A stretch of DNA of 64,000 bases from a virus (lineage: Duplodnaviria; Heunggongvirae; Uroviricota; Caudoviricetes), in the IMG/VR virus record IMGVR_UViG_3300042691_028414; one strand, 5' to 3'. The position numbers and the translations under genes were made by a program. The notes beneath the pieces were generated by a model, which worked only from the letters and a program-made list of their open reading frames with translations, was not told the origin of the DNA and searched no databases. Position 1 is the stretch's first letter, and each line of letters begins with the position of its first letter. This document shows, piece by piece, positions 45,763 through 53,201 of the stretch.

Positions 45763-46007
45763 TACGCACTTCTGAATTTTGATTCCCAGAAACTTCTTTG
45801 TTGATACATTATCGTATAGAATTCTCTGAATGATTTTATTATTAAGTCTTTTACATCTTTTTCTAGTTTACCTCTCTTCATTTCTTTGGAAATTCTATCT
45901 AACAGTTTATCTTCAAACTGTTTCACAGTAGTTGATCCTAAGAAATCTTTAATCTCTTTTCTAACCAATGTTTCAATTTCTCTTTTATCTGTTTGTGATA
46001 GTGCCAT
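45762..46007 (-). CDS. hypothetical protein
   Basis: 81-aa ORF. Confidence 0.4.
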   Translation of the reverse strand: MALSQTDKREIETLVRKEIKDFLGSTTVKQFEDKLLDRISKEMKRGKLEKDVKDLIIKSFREFYTIMYQQRSFWESKFRSA

Positions 46008-46450
46008 TATTTAAAAATAAGTATATAGGTTAATGCACCAATTATCGCCCCTCCAACAATTTCAATAACTGTATTTTTGGTTTTAATTTTTTTAATATCT
46101 TTTCTTAATCCTTCATTTTGTTCTTCAACAATTCCAAATTTTTCTTGTTCCTTTTGAATTTGTAACTCATAATTATCTTCTTTAAGTTCCATTGTAGTGA
46201 TAATATCGTTTTGAACACTTACTTTGTTTTGAGTTTCTTTAAGTTCTGTTTCAGTTAATTTAAGTACTTCAGTTAACTGATCTAATTTATTTAAATCTAA
46301 CGCAATTTGTTTTCCAACACTATATGGGAAACAAATCTGTGTTGTGTCCTTTTTAACTTGTCCAAATGATAACAATGGAACGAATAACAATAATGTAATT
46401 AATAAATTTTTCATCTTAATACTTATATCTTTTATGGAATAAACTGTCAA
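46007..46450 (-). CDS. signal peptide, coiled coil and C-terminal TM; spanin-like topology
   Basis: MKNLLITLLLFVPLLSFGQ signal peptide; C-terminal VIEIVGGAIIGALTYILIFK. Confidence 0.4.
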   Translation of the reverse strand: MTVYSIKDISIKMKNLLITLLLFVPLLSFGQVKKDTTQICFPYSVGKQIALDLNKLDQLTEVLKLTETELKETQNKVSVQNDIITTMELKEDNYELQIQKEQEKFGIVEEQNEGLRKDIKKIKTKNTVIEIVGGAIIGALTYILIFK

Positions 46451-46769
46451 TTTGAGATGGTTTCATTCCTGTTATTTCTTCACCTTTTTCTTTATAATAT
46501 TCTTTTATTATAGTTTTTTGGTTTCTGACTTGTGCAATTGTTGAGTCAATCTTACTTAGTTCTGTCTTATATTCTAAGATTCTTTTATCAAGCAGTTGTT
46601 GTTTTTTTAAAATTGAGTCAATGTCTTTATCTAATTGTTCTAATTTATATTTATCTAATTCTGACATTTCAGGTTTTGGTGTAAATAAATAAACCATAAA
46701 GTACATAACAAATAATCCAACCCCAACAAATAGGATGTATTTAAAATTGGTATTTAAGAATTGTTTCAT
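46416..46769 (-). CDS. N-terminal TM plus coiled coil; i-spanin-like topology
   Basis: YILFVGVGLFVMYFMVYLF transmembrane segment, then a coiled coil. Confidence 0.4.
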   Translation of the reverse strand: MKQFLNTNFKYILFVGVGLFVMYFMVYLFTPKPEMSELDKYKLEQLDKDIDSILKKQQLLDKRILEYKTELSKIDSTIAQVRNQKTIIKEYYKEKGEEITGMKPSQIDSLFHKRYKY

Positions 46770-47386
46770 TTTTCAGGTGTTTTCTTTTTTGATGCAATCA
46801 CTTTAGACCACTTAGATTTAAATTTCTCGTAGTATGTTTGTAGTTTATTAACAAATTCTAAGAATTCATCATCCAACTTAATCATAGTACCATTTATGTA
46901 TACCCCTTTAGTTTCACCAATTGAGAAGAAGAACTCAAGATCCAATTCTGTAATTTTACCTGACCATTCTACATTATTTTCATAAACATTTAGTTTATTG
47001 AAGTCCACAATTTCCGCCACTTCCGCAACAAACTCATCCATACTTTCTTGGAATGCGATTTTATCATCGGTTGTTAATTGTATATCAGTACTATCTGTTC
47101 CATGAAGAACTAAAATTCCGCCCGAAATTCTATATGCTTTTTTCTTTTCAGGTTTACTCTCTGTTTCTTCTTCACCGCTATCAGCAGTCTCATATTCAAT
47201 TTCTTCTTCTGAGTCCCCTAATGGATTAATTTTTTTTGTTATATCAGTTGTTGGGTTAGACTGTTCAGTTATCATACCATAACTTTTTCTAATTCTATTA
47301 GACTCTTCGTTTAATAAATCCCCCCCAAGTAATCTTCTTGATGATTCTAATAATTTTTTTAGTTCCTCGTAATTATTCATTTTCAA
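46766..47386 (-). CDS. hypothetical protein
   Basis: 206-aa ORF. Confidence 0.45.
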   Translation of the reverse strand: MKMNNYEELKKLLESSRRLLGGDLLNEESNRIRKSYGMITEQSNPTTDITKKINPLGDSEEEIEYETADSGEEETESKPEKKKAYRISGGILVLHGTDSTDIQLTTDDKIAFQESMDEFVAEVAEIVDFNKLNVYENNVEWSGKITELDLEFFFSIGETKGVYINGTMIKLDDEFLEFVNKLQTYYEKFKSKWSKVIASKKKTPEK

Positions 47387-47969
47387 TTAGCTTTATAAAT
47401 TGTTCAAAATTAAAAGCCGGACTAACATCAGTAAATTCACTATCAAAATTACTTTTAGTCACAATACCTTCATATCTTTCAACACCATTTATTTTAGTAT
47501 TATGTCCGATACATTCTTTTGTTATAGAGAGTTCTTTCATTAAATGATTACATAATTCGGCAGTTTTTTCTATCTGAATTTCAGTATATGGTTGCCAAAA
47601 AAAGTAATCTCTCCACTTTTTTTCATATATCTTCTCCTTATAAATATTACCAATCCAATTAATGTGTGAATTTTTTAATGGTTCTTTTTCCATCCATCCT
47701 AAATTCTCTAAACATACTATGATTGAGTTCCTATTTATATTGGGTTCTGAAAAATAATTAGAGTGTTCATTATCATTTAGAAGTTTTAAAATTTTACCTT
47801 CTCGGTTAACAATATAATTTGGAACTTTGTCGTATTTTCCGTTATATCGGTACTTTAAAGACATTAAATAGTTTTTAACATCTCTAGATGTATGAGATAA
47901 AATTATTTGTTTTTTCTTCTTTTGTTTTCCCGTCGGTTTAAATTCTCCGTATTTTACAACATCAATCAT
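47373..47969 (-). CDS. N-acetylmuramoyl-L-alanine amidase (amidase_2/PGRP-like) candidate
   Basis: IILSHTSRD, NSIIVCLENLGW and ECIGHNTKING resemble the amidase_2 zinc-ligand blocks. Confidence 0.4.
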   Translation of the reverse strand: MIDVVKYGEFKPTGKQKKKKQIILSHTSRDVKNYLMSLKYRYNGKYDKVPNYIVNREGKILKLLNDNEHSNYFSEPNINRNSIIVCLENLGWMEKEPLKNSHINWIGNIYKEKIYEKKWRDYFFWQPYTEIQIEKTAELCNHLMKELSITKECIGHNTKINGVERYEGIVTKSNFDSEFTDVSPAFNFEQFIKLIENE

Positions 47970-49054
47970 TCTTTTTTATATACTAATCTTTTTTTATTTT
48001 TTACTTCATTAATATCTAATTCATATTTATCAATTGTATCAAACAATTCATCAACAACTAAATCAGGGGATGATGGTTTTGGCGTATCATTTTCAATATC
48101 ATCTGATAACTCCTTGGATATATCATAATCAATAAAACTATACTCATTGACTTGATCGGTAGTTGATCGGTAGTTCATCGGTAGTTCATCGGTATCATTA
48201 ACTTGGGGGGTACTTGGAGGGTAGTTAATGGGTACTTGGGGGGTGTCTTCTTCTTTTCTTCTTGACTTAAATGCTTGGTTTGTTGCAATAACCAATGTGA
48301 TTGCTAAAGGATCGAATACAAATATTAAAATTAAAATAAATAAATTTGCAGTCCTTTTAATTTCCCAATCAAGAAGTTCACTTACATACTTAATAGCCCC
48401 AAGTTCACTACCAGATATTTCTTGAGATTCCATATCTAAAATTTCAATGTCAAGTTTAGTAATACTATCATTCATTGAATCAATTCGTTTTGCGATAGTG
48501 TCTCTTCTAACTTGTGCTTGTGATAGTTGTGTCTCAAATGATCGTCTATTCGCATTATTTGCTCTTGTAACTACTTGTCCAGTTCTACCGTCCACAGATT
48601 GTGTGGTGGTGTTATTTGAAAGTCCGTCTCTCAACTTTGTTATATCCCCATTAAGAATTGTTTTTTCTTTAGAGAGTTCGTCTTTTATTTCTTCAAATCG
48701 TTTCTTTTTAACTTCAACATTTTTGACTTTTTTCTCATTTATTTCAAGTTTTGCAATGTTTCCCTGAAACCCTGTACTCAATAATCCATAAATCCCTAAA
48801 GAGGTTATAATTGATAAAGTCACCAATGCAATCGTCATGTATATCTTCAACGCGCCATATGTTTCCTTCCATTTGTCATGAAGATATGTTGCAATAGCAA
48901 TTTTTGATATCTCCAAAAATGAACCCATTATTATTACTGGTATTGCAACGCCAATAAAAACAATTGATAATCCAACAACACTATAATAGGCAGCAGTTCC
49001 CGATAAACCTATCGCACAAAATAATAAAAACCAAGGTAAAAATTTTTCTTTCAT
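47966..49054 (-). CDS. multi-TM membrane protein with a long coiled coil and a Pro-rich repeat tail
   Basis: About four N-terminal TM helices; the C-terminal PxNY/STTDQVN repeats are encoded by DNA tandem repeats at 48140-48240. Confidence 0.5.
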   Translation of the reverse strand: MKEKFLPWFLLFCAIGLSGTAAYYSVVGLSIVFIGVAIPVIIMGSFLEISKIAIATYLHDKWKETYGALKIYMTIALVTLSIITSLGIYGLLSTGFQGNIAKLEINEKKVKNVEVKKKRFEEIKDELSKEKTILNGDITKLRDGLSNNTTTQSVDGRTGQVVTRANNANRRSFETQLSQAQVRRDTIAKRIDSMNDSITKLDIEILDMESQEISGSELGAIKYVSELLDWEIKRTANLFILILIFVFDPLAITLVIATNQAFKSRRKEEDTPQVPINYPPSTPQVNDTDELPMNYRSTTDQVNEYSFIDYDISKELSDDIENDTPKPSSPDLVVDELFDTIDKYELDINEVKNKKRLVYKKE

Positions 49055-49091
49055 ATTATTAAACTATACCTAATAAATATAAAAGATAAAG

Positions 49092-49125
49092 AAAAACCCC
49101 CATTTTAGGTGGGGGTTCATATATG
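49092..49125. terminator. rho-independent terminator
   Basis: aacccccattttaggtgggggtt. Confidence 0.65.
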
Positions 49126-49144
49126 ATAGGGCTGTTATTTTAAA

Positions 49145-49591
49145 TTAACGATCCTCAATTGTAAATCCAGAAGAATCAACTTCAGGTCCATTATCAATTA
49201 TTGTCTCAACAACAATTTCCTCGTTAATAAACCTGGATACCGACGCAAATTCAATTTCAACATCATCCATAATACTTTTCTTAAACTCGTTACACTGTTC
49301 TTCATTCTCAAAAGAACCACACTGTGTTGCTGGTGAATGATATGTCTTTATTCTGTACGCACCATAAGGATTTTTAAGTTCCGAAACATTCATAATCAGA
49401 TTTTCAAAATGATAATCATCACTTCCGTCTTTGGTGATGAACCTTCCGGTACCGTCCCTTTGGAATGTTTGTGAGTAGTGATACCCACAGTTATTACAAC
49501 TTACATATTGTTCCCCTGTTTTGTAATAGAAGTCACTAAACGCTTCGTGTTTACAATTTGTACATTCAATATAATCAATTACGCTTCCCAT
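49145..49591 (-). CDS. zinc-ribbon protein
   Basis: CTNCKH...CNNCGYH motif. Confidence 0.45.
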   Translation of the reverse strand: MGSVIDYIECTNCKHEAFSDFYYKTGEQYVSCNNCGYHYSQTFQRDGTGRFITKDGSDDYHFENLIMNVSELKNPYGAYRIKTYHSPATQCGSFENEEQCNEFKKSIMDDVEIEFASVSRFINEEIVVETIIDNGPEVDSSGFTIEDR

Positions 49592-49624
49592 ATTATTTTT
49601 TAATTTCCCAATAAGGTTGTTTTT

Positions 49625-49660
49625 GTGTATGTGGGGGGTTATACCCCCCCATTTTTTTAG
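49625..49660. terminator. rho-independent terminator
   Basis: gtggggggttataccccccca followed by a T-run. Confidence 0.6.
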
Positions 49661-50124
49661 TTTTGTTTAAATGATTTGTCTGCCCAAGTTTTTGCTCCCA
49701 TTCTACCCCAAAGTTCCATGTCACACATATCAGGGAATGACTCTCTCATTGTCCCAACAGTTAACACATCCAAGAACCCTTTGTCGATTGAGTACCACTT
49801 ACCACCTTTAATTGTGTAAACATTCATCCACTGTCCGTACTCATTTTTTGCTTGGATATTAACCAATGAGTTTTTTTGGTATCCACGAATAACACTCGCC
49901 GCAGTTCCTTTAGTGTCGTGGATATTGATGAATCCTGCCTGACATTTATTTGCGATACGGAATTCGTATTCTTTGTCCGCATCTTTAAGGTGGTTTGAAA
50001 CCGAAACTGAAATTCTTTTACCTTTTACTGTGGTGTTGAATGATCCGTAGAATACGTCTCCTGATAATGTTCCTTCGTTTACTTTGATGATGTCGTTTGT
50101 CATAATATTTCGTTTTAGATACAT
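49657..50124 (-). CDS. hypothetical protein; start at MYLKRNIM
   Basis: TACATTTG sits 2 nt upstream of the ATG at 50124. Confidence 0.45.
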   Translation of the reverse strand: MYLKRNIMTNDIIKVNEGTLSGDVFYGSFNTTVKGKRISVSVSNHLKDADKEYEFRIANKCQAGFINIHDTKGTAASVIRGYQKNSLVNIQAKNEYGQWMNVYTIKGGKWYSIDKGFLDVLTVGTMRESFPDMCDMELWGRMGAKTWADKSFKQN

Positions 50125-50177
50125 TACAAATGTAATGATCTTTTTTAAACCACCAAACAAAAAGTATAGAAAATTAT

Positions 50178-50978
50178 TTAGATATAATCAAATAATTCAG
50201 AACTCTCATTTCGTAACCTTCTCAAAGCTCTTTCTTTAATCTGTCTTACTCGTTCTTTAGTTAAACCAAAATCACCTCCAATATCTTCCAAAGTTCTTGG
50301 TGTTCCACTAAGTCCAAAATAATCCTCAATAATTACTCGTTCTCTTTCATCTAAAACACTAAGTGTATTGATTAATTTTTCTTTAAGAATGTCCGCAGTA
50401 TTAAAAGCCGCATCAGGAGCGTCTGCATCCATATTTGGTATCATATCAAGGAATGTATCTCCCTCATCATTGATATTCATATCTAAGTCAATCATTGATG
50501 GTAAAGATGAGAATTTATCCGATAGTTTTCCTCCATTATTCTCAATTTCTTTTTTAGCTTTATGAAGTTCCTGAACAACATTTACAGGAAGTCTAATTGT
50601 TCTCGCATTGTCATTTAAAGACTGAATAATAGATTGTTTAACCCACCAAACGGCATATGAAATAAATCTCAAATTTTTACTCCAATCAAAGTTTTTAATT
50701 GCTTTCAATAACCCTAAGTTACCCTCAGCAACCAAATCAGGAAAATCCAAACCTTGATTTTGATATTGTTTTGCAACGGTAATAACAAATCGTAAATTAC
50801 CTGTTAACAACTCCTGTTCAACTTGTTTTCGTTGTTTGTCAGTTAAAGTATCCGACATCATAAGTTTAGATAATTCTTTTTCCCTTTCAGGTGTCATAAC
50901 TTTAATCTTCCTAATATCCTTTAGGTAGTGAGAGATTTCATCCTGATTAATGGGCATTCCTGTTCCTTTTTCCTTCAT
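50178..50978 (-). CDS. sigma-70 family RNA polymerase sigma factor
   Basis: Region 2: LRFVITVAKQYQNQGLDFPDLVAEGNLGLLKAIKNFD...YAVWWVKQSI...ARTIRLPV. Region 4.2: TLEDIGGDFGLTKERVRQIKERALRRLR. Confidence 0.85.
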   Translation of the reverse strand: MKEKGTGMPINQDEISHYLKDIRKIKVMTPEREKELSKLMMSDTLTDKQRKQVEQELLTGNLRFVITVAKQYQNQGLDFPDLVAEGNLGLLKAIKNFDWSKNLRFISYAVWWVKQSIIQSLNDNARTIRLPVNVVQELHKAKKEIENNGGKLSDKFSSLPSMIDLDMNINDEGDTFLDMIPNMDADAPDAAFNTADILKEKLINTLSVLDERERVIIEDYFGLSGTPRTLEDIGGDFGLTKERVRQIKERALRRLRNESSELFDYI

Positions 50979-50983
50979 ATATT

Positions 50984-51520
50984 TTATTTTGAGTATTGTT
51001 CCAATTTTAATTTCTCCGCCTTTGTGAGTGAATTTATTCCCTTGTCATTGATTTTATCTAAAAGTTCGTCCAATGACATATTACACACATCTTCATTTGT
51101 TTTATTGATAATAAATGGACTACCTTGATTAATCATATCCATAAACATATCAAAAATCGCACCATCATTACTAATATCTTCAGAACTAACAGTGAAAGTA
51201 TTAATCTCAATCTTATCCTCCTCATCAATAGACAATAGGTGATTTTTTCTATCCTTACCCATATTTGTTGCCATCTTACCATTAAATGGTATTAAGGTAA
51301 ACATAATGTCTTCTAATTCTTCAAAAACCATCTCAACATACATAGACATTTCTTCATATTTTAACTCAGATTCAAAATGAAAAATTGCGTTACCATCACC
51401 ATAAATGTATTTTATCTGTTCTGAAATTACAATGGGTTGGATTTCTTTACCAATTTTAGTGGTTAAGGCTTCACTATCCATAGTTTCACTTTCACCGTAC
51501 ACAAACATTAGATATCTCAT
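50984..51520 (-). CDS. hypothetical protein; start moved to the internal Met
   Basis: The TATATTTG motif lies inside the ORF-track TTG extension. The gene is co-oriented immediately upstream of the sigma factor gene. Confidence 0.45.
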   Translation of the reverse strand: MRYLMFVYGESETMDSEALTTKIGKEIQPIVISEQIKYIYGDGNAIFHFESELKYEEMSMYVEMVFEELEDIMFTLIPFNGKMATNMGKDRKNHLLSIDEEDKIEINTFTVSSEDISNDGAIFDMFMDMINQGSPFIINKTNEDVCNMSLDELLDKINDKGINSLTKAEKLKLEQYSK

Positions 51521-51551
51521 ATTGTTTTTTTTACAAATATACAAATAATTA

Positions 51552-52463
51552 TTAATCCAACAAATTTTTAGATTCTTTATTATTTTTTCTTTTCAATAAA
51601 GCATCTTCTTTAGATAAAAGGAATTTAACCTTTGGATTAGGTGTTTCATTAGTGTATGGTTCAATATTTTGTATTCTTAGATTTGATAAATCGACATATT
51701 CTTCATTGATGTCAATACCCAAATAATTCCTGTTATTAAGTTTCGCCATCTTCAATGTCGTTCCACTACCACACATAGGATCTAATACTATATCACCTTC
51801 ATTACTCCAAGATAGAATATGATCCTCAGCCAATGATTCCGGAAATATTGCAGGATGTTGGAATGCAATGTCGTCTTTGGATGAGAACCCTTTACCATTA
51901 TTAACATACCATACATTATACCTTGTACCGAATTCAGATACAACAAACTTGTCAACCTTTTTAAGGTTTCCGTCTTTTTCTCTTTTTGATGGATCACCAA
52001 AATTACTATGTCCCGCCCATCTATTTGGTTTATCTTTTAATAGATTAACCGTTTTTGGTTTCCCTTTTGAAAGGACGAACATATATTCAAATACTTGTGA
52101 GTATCTACCTGTTTCAGGAAATGGGGCTCCATTCTTATGATAAATCATCGTATCGTACAATGTAAATCCAATCTCCTTAAATTTAAGTGCTTGTCTGAAT
52201 GAACTACCAGTTTCTCCACCATTTTTTACTTGATCATTTACCACCCAAATAACAACACCACCCTTCTTGGTTACTCTATATAACTCACGAGCCATTTCCA
52301 CAAATGGGAAACTAAATCCATCTTCAAAGACAACCTCATCCTTAATTTTTCCATTATAAGTTCTTAAGTTATCATACGGTGGTGATGTTACAGTTAAATC
52401 AAATGTATTATCCTCATATCTTTGTAATACTTCAATCGCATTACCTAAAATTACTTCATTCAT
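51552..52463 (-). CDS. DNA methyltransferase, beta-class N6A/N4C
   Basis: DLTVTSPPYDN at the N-terminus; DPMCGSGTT at the C-terminus. Confidence 0.85.
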   Translation of the reverse strand: MNEVILGNAIEVLQRYEDNTFDLTVTSPPYDNLRTYNGKIKDEVVFEDGFSFPFVEMARELYRVTKKGGVVIWVVNDQVKNGGETGSSFRQALKFKEIGFTLYDTMIYHKNGAPFPETGRYSQVFEYMFVLSKGKPKTVNLLKDKPNRWAGHSNFGDPSKREKDGNLKKVDKFVVSEFGTRYNVWYVNNGKGFSSKDDIAFQHPAIFPESLAEDHILSWSNEGDIVLDPMCGSGTTLKMAKLNNRNYLGIDINEEYVDLSNLRIQNIEPYTNETPNPKVKFLLSKEDALLKRKNNKESKNLLD

Positions 52464-53149
52464 ATTTTTTCAAAAATTAGTTTTTGGTATACTTTATTGT
52501 TTTTAAGACTACCACAAAAAATATTTTCACTATAGTCAATATTTGATAAAAATTTAAGTGTAGTAAAACTACTATTATTTTTAGCCTCACCTTTCCAAAA
52601 ATCTTTATCCAAGTTAATTAACATACCGAAAATACCATCAACATATTTTTCACTTTCCTTAACTTTTTTATCACGATTAATTGATAATGATATTAATAAA
52701 AAAATATCCGCTTTTGATGTTGTATGTGTTGCACCTGTAAATGCGGTATCGCTTTGGGTTACTTTAATTTCAATTATAATAATTTCACCGTTAAACTCAA
52801 ATATAGCGTCAAAAGATTTACCCTCAATTTCTTCAGTATTAACAATCTCAGTAATTTTAAGTACTTTAATATTTGCGTCGTTATAGGTTGAGAGAATTGT
52901 ATTTAATTTGTAAACTAAAAATGATTTAACACCATCATATGATAATCTGGTTGTAGTCAAAACTGTGTGTTGTCTTACATCATCTTCAACATCTTTCACC
53001 CATTCATTAATTGTCAACCCCTCCCTATTCGCAATAGGGAATATGGTTAAAGGAATTTCGTTATCAATATACTCAACTAAATATTTTGCAAACTTTAATT
53101 TTTTTAAATGAATAACTAAATCCCTAACCAAAATTTTCTTATCTCTCAT
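52460..53149 (-). CDS. candidate PD-(D/E)XK endonuclease-fold protein translationally coupled to the MTase
   Basis: DAIFEFNGEIIIIEIKV, a D...E-x-K pattern on a predicted beta-strand; 4-nt overlap with the downstream MTase gene. Confidence 0.3.
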   Translation of the reverse strand: MRDKKILVRDLVIHLKKLKFAKYLVEYIDNEIPLTIFPIANREGLTINEWVKDVEDDVRQHTVLTTTRLSYDGVKSFLVYKLNTILSTYNDANIKVLKITEIVNTEEIEGKSFDAIFEFNGEIIIIEIKVTQSDTAFTGATHTTSKADIFLLISLSINRDKKVKESEKYVDGIFGMLINLDKDFWKGEAKNNSSFTTLKFLSNIDYSENIFCGSLKNNKVYQKLIFEKI

Positions 53150-53201
53150 TTTAAACTTATTTACCTAAATATAAGAATAAAAATCCACTTAGTCATCTAT
53201 C

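Noticed and set aside
50121-50140. Inverted repeat CATTACAAATGTAATG at the start of gene 49657..50124, considered as an operator.
   Set aside because: It is mostly the TACATTTG promoter octamer plus the ATG read on both strands. Too short to separate from motif overlap without binding data.
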